Assembly: GCA_035389045.1 (NCBI GenBank)
Contig: DAOORA010000017.1
Location: 54,208-74,207, forward strand
DNA from: Bacteroidales bacterium
GTDB taxonomy: Bacteria; Bacteroidota; Bacteroidia; Bacteroidales; CAIWKO01
Direction of reading: 5' to 3'
DNA length: 20,000 bases
The notes beneath the pieces were generated by a model that ran no database searches, was not told the DNA's origin, and saw only the letters and a list, made by a program, of their open reading frames with translations. The translations under genes and the position numbers were made by a program. Each line of letters opens with the position of its first letter. Within the stretch, counting starts at the first letter, position 1. Of the stretch, positions 1 to 8,556 are shown in pieces.

Positions 1-420
1 GGAGATGGTATTCTCAACTGGTTTAGGAGCATTGTAGCTCAGATCAGAGTTTGTTTTTTTGGTTGTAACGTTAATAAAATAGTAACCCGTGATGATCAGT
101 AAAAAACTTGCAGCTATGGAAATAGATGTGATGAGAGTCCTTTGATTATTGCTTTTTTTTAATGTTTTTCTGCCGGAAGAAGTCAGTTTTGTTTTGAAAT
201 CATTTTTTATGGTTTTGAGTTCTGCAAAAGCCATATCGTAGTCCGAATGGTTTTCGAACCCGTCAAGTGCTTCGTTGCAAAGCAGACATCCGGCGACATG
301 CTTTTCGAAAAGGTGTTTTTCTTTCTCTGTAAGTTCTTTTTTCAGATAAAGCGATAACCCTTCTTCACTGAGGCATCCCGAAGGACCAAATATCCTGTTG
401 TTTTTGACTATGGGTTTCAT
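1..420 (-). CDS. Membrane-anchored zinc-finger (ZAS/zf-HC2) anti-sigma factor-like protein, partial (runs off window start)
   Basis: Manual translation from ATG at 420, which overlaps the sigma stop (ATGA): MKPIVKNNRIFGPSGCLSEEGLSLYLKKELTEKEKHLFEKHVAGCLLCNEALDGF...SISIAASFLLIITGYYFI.... It has an upstream Cys, an HxxxCxxC motif and a TM segment, and is open for 140 codons to position 1. Confidence 0.85.
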   Translation of the reverse strand, partial: MKPIVKNNRIFGPSGCLSEEGLSLYLKKELTEKEKHLFEKHVAGCLLCNEALDGFENHSDYDMAFAELKTIKNDFKTKLTSSGRKTLKKSNNQRTLITSISIAASFLLIITGYYFINVTTKKTNSDLSYNAPKPVENTIS

Positions 421-1013
421 TTTTGTGTTTCGAGCATGATTTTCAAGTTTCTTTTTCCATTCTGTATAAAGCTTTTTACCTGGTTCATGGTGAAGTTTGT
501 CGAATCGGCAACTTCTTTGTATGATTTCTCATGAAGGTAGAAAAGCTCGATGCAGATTCGTTGTTCATCACTCAGTTTTTTTATGGCTTCAGGCAGTTTT
601 ATATCAATAATATCGTCGTCAGCATGATTAAGAGAAAAATTACCGTCGAAATCCATAAAATCCTGCTGAAAAATTTTTAATTGTACCATTTCGTTGAGCG
701 GAACGGTATTTTCTTTACGCAGGATCATCAGGCAATGATTTTTGGCCACACTGTAGAGCCAGCATTTGAAATTGATGATATTGTGTTCTTTCAACGATTC
801 GTAAAGTTTTTCAAAAACCTGCATAACGGTTTCGCGGCGGTCGTCTTCACGGTCGAAATATTTTAATGCAATACCGTATACAAGGTGTGCATAGCGGTCG
901 AACAATTCCCCGATAAGCGCAGTGTCATTCGTTTTCCGATACAAATCAATCAGTTCCTGATCTGTCAGAGGATCGGATTTTACAGAGGAGGGCTTTTTAA
1001 AAAAGAGGGCCAA
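417..1013 (-). CDS. ECF-type RNA polymerase sigma-70 factor
   Basis: Region 2 (LFDRYAHLVYGIALKY...FKCWLYSVAKNHCL) and region 4 (LSDEQRICIELFYLHEKSYKEVA...VKSFIQNGKRNLK). The TTG start is uncertain. Confidence 0.93.
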   Translation of the reverse strand: MALFFKKPSSVKSDPLTDQELIDLYRKTNDTALIGELFDRYAHLVYGIALKYFDREDDRRETVMQVFEKLYESLKEHNIINFKCWLYSVAKNHCLMILRKENTVPLNEMVQLKIFQQDFMDFDGNFSLNHADDDIIDIKLPEAIKKLSDEQRICIELFYLHEKSYKEVADSTNFTMNQVKSFIQNGKRNLKIMLETQK

Positions 1014-1032
1014 GGTTCAGGTGATTGATATG

Positions 1033-1040
1033 CAAATTTA
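1033..1040 (-). promoter_or_regulatory. Bacteroidota sigma-A -7 box for the ECF sigma gene
   Basis: Minus-strand TAAATTTG(CA) matches TAnnTTTG about 20 bp upstream of the start. Confidence 0.6.
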
Positions 1041-1364
1041 AAATTTTATAATGAAAAAGAGCACTTTGTGTTCCTTTATTCTTGTTTCTTGTGCCGACCC
1101 CGGGCTTCAAGTTTTTAATAATATTCACTATTGTCCGGCAAAATAAATTTATGAAGAGCAATTCATCAAGTAAAATAATGAGGTAAAATTTATTAATATT
1201 ATTTGAAAGTCCATTATGGTAGGGCTTTTCATCAAATAATAAAATTTTTACCGGACATCAATGGTTTTTATTCATTACCATCTCTAAGGCTAATAATATT
1301 TTAGGGATATACCTGGCTGTCTATATTGATAAAATACTTAGTTTAGCATCAAATTAAATACGTT

Positions 1365-2132
1365 ATGAAAAAAATTGTCACCTATAATGTTAACGGAATA
1401 CGGTCGGCTTTATCGAAAGGCCTGCTTGAATGGATAGCTTCCGCTGAGCCCGATATTGTTTGTTTTCAGGAGACCAAAGCCCAGCCTGAACAAATACCGG
1501 CGCTGGATTTTCATGCTGCGGGGTACCATAATTACTGGTATTCGGCAAAGAAAAAAGGGTACAGCGGTGTCGGCATATTGACGAAACATGAACCGGATCG
1601 TGTGGTATATGGAATGGGCATCCCGAAATATGATGATGAAGGCCGTTTAATACGGGCCGATTACGGTGATATTTCTGTGATCAGCGTGTATCATCCTTCA
1701 GGATCCAGTGGTGAAGAACGTCAGGATTTTAAAATGTTATGGCTTGAAGATTTTCTGGAATGGATCAGTGGACTGAAAAAAACAAGGCCCAATCTTGTGG
1801 TCTGCGGCGATTATAATATCTGTCATCAGCCTATCGATATTCACGACCCGGTGCGAAATGCCACCAGCTCAGGCTTTCTCCCCGAAGAACGCGAATGGCT
1901 TTCACGGTTTATTGATTCAGGATTTGTAGATGGATTCAGAGCGTTTAACAACGAACCCAAACAATATACATGGTGGAGTTTCAGGGCGAATGCACGTGCC
2001 AAAAACCTGGGCTGGCGTATAGATTATCACATGGTGAGCGAACCGATAAAACACTTGATGAAACGCGCTGTAATATTGCCTGAGGCCATACATTCCGATC
2101 ATTGTCCGAGCATACTGGAGATGGATTTTTAA
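1365..2132 (+). CDS. xth: Exodeoxyribonuclease III / AP endonuclease
   Basis: YNVNGIR, DIVCFQETK, KKGYSGV, EGR, GDYNICH, YTWWSFR, GWRIDY and SDHCP motifs. Confidence 0.96.
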   Translation: MKKIVTYNVNGIRSALSKGLLEWIASAEPDIVCFQETKAQPEQIPALDFHAAGYHNYWYSAKKKGYSGVGILTKHEPDRVVYGMGIPKYDDEGRLIRADYGDISVISVYHPSGSSGEERQDFKMLWLEDFLEWISGLKKTRPNLVVCGDYNICHQPIDIHDPVRNATSSGFLPEEREWLSRFIDSGFVDGFRAFNNEPKQYTWWSFRANARAKNLGWRIDYHMVSEPIKHLMKRAVILPEAIHSDHCPSILEMDF

Positions 2133-2326
2133 ACGGATATAGGGTTTTTTCTTAAAAAAATTGGTCTGTACAAGCATTTTTTCCGAATAAGTGTGTGTTT
2201 AAACCTCTATCAATTTGTTGAAATCACATATATTAATTTAGTTATATGTTTGTCTGAGTTGCATTTTTAACAAAGTGTTGTTAGTATTTTAAAAAGATTG
2301 TGATTAAAGGAATATTTCATTAATTG

Positions 2327-2334
2327 TATTTTTG
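2327..2334 (+). promoter_or_regulatory. Putative -7 promoter box for the OmpA/MotB-like gene
   Basis: TATTTTTG matches TAnnTTTG about 20 bp upstream of the ATG at 2354. Confidence 0.5.
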
Positions 2335-2353
2335 ATGATTAATACTAATTCCT

Positions 2354-3355
2354 ATGTTGAAAAAAGCTTTCTTGTTTGCCGGCATCGCAATATTCCTGAC
2401 TTCCTGTGTATCTTTAAAGAAATACCAGGAAAAGGAAGGTAGTTACAAAAACTGTCTGGAGGAAAATGCTGTCCTGAAAAGCCAGAATCTTGATTATTCC
2501 ACCCGTTTAAACGAAATGACAGCGACAGCTGATAACCTGAAAAAACAGAACGAGACGCTTATTTCGGACTCCTACAGAAACGGTGAGAAAATAAAAGATC
2601 TGACGGAAAAATATAATGAACTGAACAAGGCATACGACACCCTGGTCAGCAGTAATATTAAGCTGATGAAAGGCAATAAGTATGAAACGCAGAAATTGAT
2701 TTCGGAACTCGAGAATACCAAAGCGGCATTGCAGAAAAAGGAAGATGCCCTTAAAAGCCTTGAAGCCGAACTTAATGCGAAACTCGGTCATCTTAATGAT
2801 TTAGAGTCGAAACTGGAAGAAAAACAACAGCGTTTAGCCGAACTGCAAAGCATACTCGACAAAAAGGATTCGTCGGTGAAAGCATTGAAAAATAAGGTTT
2901 CAGAAGCATTGCTGGGCTATGAGAACAAGGGACTTACAGTTAAACAAATGAACGGCAAAGTATATGTTTCAATGGACGAGGCCTTGCTCTTTGCTTCCGG
3001 AAGATATGAGGTGGCTCCCAAGGGCGCAGAGGCCTTGAAAAAACTGGCAAAAGTTCTTGAAAGCAACACCGATATAAATATTTTGGTGGAAGGGCATACC
3101 GATAATGTTCCGTATAAGGGAACAGACCAGATACTGGACAACTGGGACCTGAGTGTAAAACGGGCTACATCGGTAGTCCGTATTTTATTAGCAAAAACCT
3201 CGATTGCCCCTGTCCGTATTACGGCGGCCGGACGCAGCGAGTATTTCCCTGTTGATAAAGCCAGTACTTCTGAGGCCCGCAGCAAGAACCGCCGTACAGA
3301 AATCATTCTCACTCCGAAATTGGATGAATTATTGAAGATCATTGAAAGTAATTGA
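2354..3355 (+). CDS. OmpA/MotB-family peptidoglycan-binding lipoprotein with long coiled coil
   Basis: Lipobox LTSC at residue 18, about 160 aa of L/K/E-rich heptad region, and a C-terminal OmpA-like domain (LLFASG, VEGHTDN, NWDLSVKRA, RSKNRRTEI). Confidence 0.9.
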   Translation: MLKKAFLFAGIAIFLTSCVSLKKYQEKEGSYKNCLEENAVLKSQNLDYSTRLNEMTATADNLKKQNETLISDSYRNGEKIKDLTEKYNELNKAYDTLVSSNIKLMKGNKYETQKLISELENTKAALQKKEDALKSLEAELNAKLGHLNDLESKLEEKQQRLAELQSILDKKDSSVKALKNKVSEALLGYENKGLTVKQMNGKVYVSMDEALLFASGRYEVAPKGAEALKKLAKVLESNTDINILVEGHTDNVPYKGTDQILDNWDLSVKRATSVVRILLAKTSIAPVRITAAGRSEYFPVDKASTSEARSKNRRTEIILTPKLDELLKIIESN

Positions 3356-3384
3356 CAGAAATAGCAACCTTCAATCAAAATCTA

Positions 3385-3392
3385 TATATTTG
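3385..3392 (+). promoter_or_regulatory. Putative -7 promoter box for the ycxB-like/nitroreductase/pgk-like operon
   Basis: TATATTTG(CA), 43 bp upstream of the ATG at 3436. Confidence 0.55.
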
Positions 3393-3393
3393 C

Positions 3394-3433
3394 AGGGGTA
3401 GATCATTTTGATCTGCCTCTTTTTTATTTTTTT
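3394..3433 (+). terminator. Intrinsic terminator-like hairpin after the OmpA/MotB-like gene
   Basis: AGGGGTAGATCA-TTT-TGATCTGCCTCT stem (with G-U pairs) followed by a long T tract. Confidence 0.7.
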
Positions 3434-3435
3434 AT

Positions 3436-3963
3436 ATGGACAGCATAGAAAAACTGATACAGTATACACCCGAAGACCTGCAAATGGCTTATACTATCCA
3501 TTTAAAAAAAACGTATCCCTTACGGAGCAGATTGTTACTGGTGGTGAGCGCAGTATCGTTAATCGTCGGAGGAGCTCTGCTCGTTTATGAAGCGATGAAA
3601 GGCAATGCGGATGCCATTAACTGGGCGGCATGGTTTCTTATTGCCTATGGCATTGCTATTGCCCTGCTGTACTTTTATAACCTGCGTACCATAGGAAAAA
3701 AAATGTTTACCAAAATGCCTGAATTTGCGCGGCCTTTTCAATATCTTTTTACCGCCGCCGGCGTTCAGGTGTCTACTCAAAATATGAATAATCAAAACAA
3801 ATGGGATTTTTATCAGTCCGCATTGATATGTCCGGAAACCATTATTATTTACCCCAATAAATTCCGTTTCAATTTATTTCCGAAAAAATACTTTACAGAT
3901 GAGGAATATGAGCTGTTGAAACAATGGATACGGGAAAAAATTAAAACCAAAGAAACAGAATGA
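3436..3963 (+). CDS. YcxB-family membrane protein
   Basis: Two N-terminal TM helices and a C-terminal KWDFYQSALICPETIIIYPNKFRFNLFPKKYFTDEE segment resembling the YcxB domain. ATGA overlap with the next gene. Confidence 0.75.
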   Translation: MDSIEKLIQYTPEDLQMAYTIHLKKTYPLRSRLLLVVSAVSLIVGGALLVYEAMKGNADAINWAAWFLIAYGIAIALLYFYNLRTIGKKMFTKMPEFARPFQYLFTAAGVQVSTQNMNNQNKWDFYQSALICPETIIIYPNKFRFNLFPKKYFTDEEYELLKQWIREKIKTKETE

Positions 3964-4502
3964 AATTCCTTGAACTGGTGAGGCTGCGTCAGAGCTCCAG
4001 AAAATACAGTACCCGGCAGGTTGAGCGGGAAAAAATACAGCGGTGTATTGAAGCTGCGCGCCTTGCGCCTTCGGCCTGCAATTCGCAGCCATGGACTTTT
4101 GTTGTAGTCGATGAACCTGAGTTATGCCGGAAAGTTGCCGGCGAAACATACAATGCCCTGATCCCGTTCAACCGGTTTGTTGCCCGGGCTAAGGTCATAG
4201 TCGTTATGGTCGCCGAAAGGCCTAATGTAATATCCCAAATTGGGGGAAGGATTAGAAACAAGGACTTTTACCTTATTGACACCGGCATCGCTGCAGAGCA
4301 TTTTTGCCTGCAGGCTGCCGAAGAAGAACTGGGCACGTGTATGCTGGGATGGTTCAATGAAAAGAACGTCATGAAACTGCTGAATATTCCCAAAGGTAAA
4401 CGCATCGGCCTGATGATAGCCATGGGATATTCCGAATCCCGGTTAAGAGAGAAAATACGAAAACCAATTAATGAAATATTAAAATATAATAGTTATGAAT
4501 GA
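3960..4502 (+). CDS. Nitroreductase-family flavoprotein
   Basis: RQSSRKY, ARLAPSACNSQPWTFVVV, DTGIAAEHFCLQAAEEELGTCMLG and IAMGY motifs. Confidence 0.94.
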   Translation: MKFLELVRLRQSSRKYSTRQVEREKIQRCIEAARLAPSACNSQPWTFVVVDEPELCRKVAGETYNALIPFNRFVARAKVIVVMVAERPNVISQIGGRIRNKDFYLIDTGIAAEHFCLQAAEEELGTCMLGWFNEKNVMKLLNIPKGKRIGLMIAMGYSESRLREKIRKPINEILKYNSYE

Positions 4503-5802
4503 AAAGGTCTTAGAAAACATTAATCTGCCACTGCTTCAGGATGCAGACCTGAAAAACAAAGTAGTTCTGGTCAGGGTTGACCACAACGTGGTGAAAAAAG
4601 GTATTATTCATGATCCGTACAGGATAGATGCGACAATTTCGACCCTTTATTACATTAATGCCAAGGGTGGAAAAATAATCCTGATGACTCATGCCGGCCG
4701 GCCGAAAAACAAAAAGACGGGCGAAATAGCCGTTTCTGATGATACATCCGTACAACCTATTGTGGATTATCTGCAGAACAAGCTGCATATTACAATCAAA
4801 GTCCCTGAATTTCAGCAGCATGGAACACTTGGTTTTCTGGATGTCGAGACATCGATCAATCACCTGATCCGCGATCTTAACGACCACACCATTGATATGG
4901 TATACCTGCCTAATACCCGCTGGTTTGCCGGCGAAGAAGCCAAAGGAGGCGATGCCGACCGTTTTGCATATCAGCTTGCAGGACTTGCCGACATTTTTGT
5001 GAATGATGCCTTCGGTTCGTGGCAGGCACACGCATCAACCGTCAATGTGGCGAAATACCTTCCTTCTTATGCCGGGTTTTTATTGCAGAAAGAAATCACG
5101 AATCTTGACCGTATTTATAGCCCCGACAGACCTTTTGTTTCGGTGGTTGCCGGTTCCAAGTTCGACACCAAGGTTGATTCGCTGAACGCCCTGCTGAAAG
5201 TGTCAGACCACCTGGTGCTGGGCGGTGTGATCTATAATGCTTTTTTGTGTGCAAAATATGGTTTTATGATCGAAGGCATAGAAAATGAAGACATAGAACT
5301 GGCCAAAAAATTCGTGGAATATTCCAAACAATTTCCGGGTAAACTGGTTGAACTTCCTTATATTGTGGAATCGGACACCATGGAAGGTTTGCTGCCCGGA
5401 CAGTACCGCGTGCATAATATTAACGACCTGAAACAGGGACGTCACCTGAACTATGTGCTGGATGTGGATCCGAAATCGTTTCAGGTGCCTGAGGTTGAGG
5501 AAGTCTTTTTGAAAGCCAGGACCATCTTTGTAAATGCTGTTATGGGCTATACGCCTCATTTTAACGAAGGAACCATTGCTTTGGATGAACTGATTGATAA
5601 AAACAATGACGCAGTAAAACTTTACGGAGGAGGTGATACCCTGCAGGAACTGAAGCGCCTGCTGCCCGGCTTGTACATAGTTGCTCTTGACAGCCCGCAA
5701 TACTATATTTTTACCGGCGGGGGAGCCGTGCTGAAAGCCATACAGGAAGGAAATGTCCTTGGCCTGGAACCGGTGAAAGCACTTATTAAATCCAAAAAAT
5801 AA
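4495..5802 (+). CDS. pgk: Phosphoglycerate kinase-family protein (divergent)
   Basis: KVVLVRVDHNV, THAGRP, FVNDAFG..AHAS, AGFLLQKEI, GGGDT and TGGGA match the PGK fold, but several canonical motifs are altered. Confidence 0.85.
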   Translation: MNEKVLENINLPLLQDADLKNKVVLVRVDHNVVKKGIIHDPYRIDATISTLYYINAKGGKIILMTHAGRPKNKKTGEIAVSDDTSVQPIVDYLQNKLHITIKVPEFQQHGTLGFLDVETSINHLIRDLNDHTIDMVYLPNTRWFAGEEAKGGDADRFAYQLAGLADIFVNDAFGSWQAHASTVNVAKYLPSYAGFLLQKEITNLDRIYSPDRPFVSVVAGSKFDTKVDSLNALLKVSDHLVLGGVIYNAFLCAKYGFMIEGIENEDIELAKKFVEYSKQFPGKLVELPYIVESDTMEGLLPGQYRVHNINDLKQGRHLNYVLDVDPKSFQVPEVEEVFLKARTIFVNAVMGYTPHFNEGTIALDELIDKNNDAVKLYGGGDTLQELKRLLPGLYIVALDSPQYYIFTGGGAVLKAIQEGNVLGLEPVKALIKSKK

Positions 5803-5859
5803 ACATAAACATACATTTTTGAATGTTTGTGCCAGAAATTTCGTTCAACAGTTAAATTT

Positions 5860-6816
5860 ATGATAATGGAAACCCGTGGTGATCTGAGAAAACTTGTAAC
5901 AGGAATTGATATCGGTGGTACTAACACCGTCATCGGTTTTGCTGACGCAGGGGGCAACTGTTTGTATAAAACATCTTTAGGCACCGCGGATTATGAAGAC
6001 CCTGCCGTGTTTGTAAAAGATGTTGCAGGGATAATCGTTGATTTTTTTCAAAAGAACGATGATACGTACCTGATTGGTATCGGTATCGGTGCGCCGAACG
6101 GAAATTTTTATAACGGGAGTATCGAGTTTGCACCCAATCTGAAATGGAAGGGTGTCGTTCCGCTTGTCGACCTTTTTAAAAAGTATTTCAATGTTCCTGT
6201 AACGCTTACCAATGACGCCAATGCTGCCGCTATAGGAGAAATGGTCTACGGTAACGCAAAGGGCATGAAACATTTTATTGAGTTTACGCTTGGAACCGGT
6301 GTGGGAAGCGGTATCGTTGTCGACGGGAAAATGGTTTACGGGCATGATGGTTGTGCCGGAGAATTAGGCCATGCCATTATTTTTCCCGGAGGGCGCACTT
6401 GCGGATGCGGCCGCCAGGGCTGTCTGGAGGCCTACTGTTCGGCTAAGGGTATCGTTACCACCTTTCTGGAATTACTGGAGAACGAAGGCAGAAAACCCGA
6501 CGGAAAAATTACGCCTTATGCTATTTCGGAACTGGCTTCAAAAGGGGATCATGCCGCTATCAAAACTTTTGAATTTACCGGCGAGGTGCTTGGGCTGGCC
6601 ATTTCAAACAGTGTAACCTATACCAGCCCCGAAGCGATATTTATTTTCGGAGGTATTGCCAATGCCGGCGAACTCCTGCTGAAACCCATCCGCGATAGTT
6701 TTGAAAAGAACCTGTTGGGAGTTTACAAGAATAAAATTAAGATCATGCCATCGGGTATCAAAGAAAATGATGCAGCGATTCTTGGCGCCGCATCTCTGAT
6801 ATGGCAAAATTATTGA
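5860..6816 (+). CDS. ROK-family sugar kinase (glucokinase/GlcNAc kinase-like)
   Basis: GIDIGGT, GIGAP, NDANAAAIGE, TLGTGVGSG, GELGH, the zinc motif CGCGRQGCLE and AAILGAA. No N-terminal HTH. Start ambiguous (ATG 5860, ATG 5866 or TTG 5827). Confidence 0.92.
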   Translation: MIMETRGDLRKLVTGIDIGGTNTVIGFADAGGNCLYKTSLGTADYEDPAVFVKDVAGIIVDFFQKNDDTYLIGIGIGAPNGNFYNGSIEFAPNLKWKGVVPLVDLFKKYFNVPVTLTNDANAAAIGEMVYGNAKGMKHFIEFTLGTGVGSGIVVDGKMVYGHDGCAGELGHAIIFPGGRTCGCGRQGCLEAYCSAKGIVTTFLELLENEGRKPDGKITPYAISELASKGDHAAIKTFEFTGEVLGLAISNSVTYTSPEAIFIFGGIANAGELLLKPIRDSFEKNLLGVYKNKIKIMPSGIKENDAAILGAASLIWQNY

Positions 6817-6824
6817 TAATGAAT

Positions 6825-6832
6825 TAGTTTTG
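6825..6832 (+). promoter_or_regulatory. Putative -7 promoter box for the GH20 gene
   Basis: TAGTTTTG in the ROK-GH20 spacer. Confidence 0.45.
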
Positions 6833-6878
6833 GCAAAACGAAATGATGAAAATCAACATTAGAATAAAAAGATAAAGA

Positions 6879-8480
6879 ATGAAACCAATGAAAGAAATTT
6901 TGCTGCTTATTTATATGATAGTTATGTCAATGAGTGTGTTCGGACAGAAACAAATCCTGTCTGTTTTTCCGAATCCTGCAGAAACAACGCTGGTAAAAGG
7001 CCGTTTTATTCTCACTTCTGCAACAAAGATCTATGTAGACAACTTAGAAACTTCTGGCAGGGATGCCGAATTGTTTAATGAATACCTTTTAAAGTATTAC
7101 TCTTTTTCACTGGACATTTCTGTGAGCCAGCGATACGACAGTAATGCAATCATTATCAGAACCATTACGGAACAGGATATGCCTGATGATGCATACCGGC
7201 TTGATGTTTCCAACGGTTTTATTATTATTGAAGGTAAAGGCGCCGGGGTTTTTTATGCATTGCAAACATTGATACAGATGTTGCCGCCATATAAAACAGA
7301 TGTGTTTAAACTTCAGCGTATTAAGATTTATGATTATCCGCAATACAAATGGCGTGGGATGCATCTTGACGTGTGCAGACATTTTTTTACTGTCGAAGAG
7401 ATAAAAAAATACATTGATCATATTTCATTTTATAAGATGAATGTGTTCCACTGGCACCTTACTGATGACCAGGGATGGCGTATTCAAATCGATAAATTCC
7501 CTAAGCTGACCAGCATTGGCGGATACAGAAACGGAACACTGATAGGTCATGCCAAAGATACTGTGAAGAAATATGACACCATTCGTTATGGCGGATATTA
7601 TACAAAAGAACAGATCAGGGATATTGTAGCCTACGCTGAACGGCGGCATGTCATGATCGTTCCGGAGATAGAAATGCCCGGACACAGCCTGGCCGCACTA
7701 AGTGCATACCCCGAATATTCATGCACCGGAGGCCCTTTTGAAGTAGCAAAATCGTGGGGCGTGTTTGAAGATGTGTTTTGCACCAAAGACAAAACCATTC
7801 ATTTTCTCGAGGATGTATTATCCGAAGTAATGGACCTGTTTCCCGGGAAATATATACATTTAGGCGGGGATGAATGTTCGAAAGTCCGTTGGGAAAAATG
7901 CCCGGAATGCCGGAAGGTGATGAAACGCGAAGGATTCAAAAATACTGGACAACTCCAGCATTATGTGATGCGCACCATAGGAAAATTTGTCAGTTCAAAA
8001 GGAAAAACGATCATCGGATGGGATGAGATACTTGAAGAAAAACTGTCGCCCGGTGCAGTGGTGATGGCATGGCACGGAGATTCTGTCGCAACTGCTGCGG
8101 CAAATCTGAAACATGATGTGATCATGTGTCCCACAGACTACTGCTATTTCGATTACTATCAGGGGGATTCGATTACTGAACCATTGGCTATCGGTGGAAA
8201 TACAACGCTTGAAAAAGTCTATTCCTTTGATCCCGCGCCAAAAAAAATTACTCCTGAACAACGTAAATATATACTCGGAGGGCAGGGAAATGTGTGGACA
8301 GAATATATATCCGATTTCAAACAACTGGAATACATGGTGTTTCCTCGTATGATAGCCCTTAGCGAGGTTTTATGGTCCAAAACAGAAAACCGTGCCTACG
8401 AAAGTTTTGACAGAAGACTGCAAAAACATGTATCGTTGCTTGATATGTACAGAGTGAATTACCGGCGATTGAATAAATAG
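6879..8480 (+). CDS. Beta-N-acetylhexosaminidase (GH20), secreted
   Basis: Signal peptide, WRGMHLDVCRHF, FHWHLTDDQGWR, PEIEMPGH, catalytic HLGGDE, and NVWTEYI..FPR. Confidence 0.95.
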   Translation: MKPMKEILLLIYMIVMSMSVFGQKQILSVFPNPAETTLVKGRFILTSATKIYVDNLETSGRDAELFNEYLLKYYSFSLDISVSQRYDSNAIIIRTITEQDMPDDAYRLDVSNGFIIIEGKGAGVFYALQTLIQMLPPYKTDVFKLQRIKIYDYPQYKWRGMHLDVCRHFFTVEEIKKYIDHISFYKMNVFHWHLTDDQGWRIQIDKFPKLTSIGGYRNGTLIGHAKDTVKKYDTIRYGGYYTKEQIRDIVAYAERRHVMIVPEIEMPGHSLAALSAYPEYSCTGGPFEVAKSWGVFEDVFCTKDKTIHFLEDVLSEVMDLFPGKYIHLGGDECSKVRWEKCPECRKVMKREGFKNTGQLQHYVMRTIGKFVSSKGKTIIGWDEILEEKLSPGAVVMAWHGDSVATAAANLKHDVIMCPTDYCYFDYYQGDSITEPLAIGGNTTLEKVYSFDPAPKKITPEQRKYILGGQGNVWTEYISDFKQLEYMVFPRMIALSEVLWSKTENRAYESFDRRLQKHVSLLDMYRVNYRRLNK

Positions 8481-8556
8481 TGGGGTTCTAAAACTCCAAT
8501 TTCTTCCCTGCCTGACCCAGCCCAGTCGGGGAACCTACACCGAACAAGGGCTTTGT

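Noticed and set aside
2354..3355. Flagellar stator MotB
   Set aside because: It has a lipobox instead of the TM helix with the conserved Asp, and there is no motA or flagellar gene in the window.
2917..5700. Minus-strand ORFs of 150-175 aa (2917-3378, 4510-5031, 5203-5700)
   Set aside because: Antisense to confidently identified genes, with no family motifs.
4495..5802. pgk pseudogene
   Set aside because: Full-length uninterrupted ORF that retains many catalytic and glycine-loop motifs.
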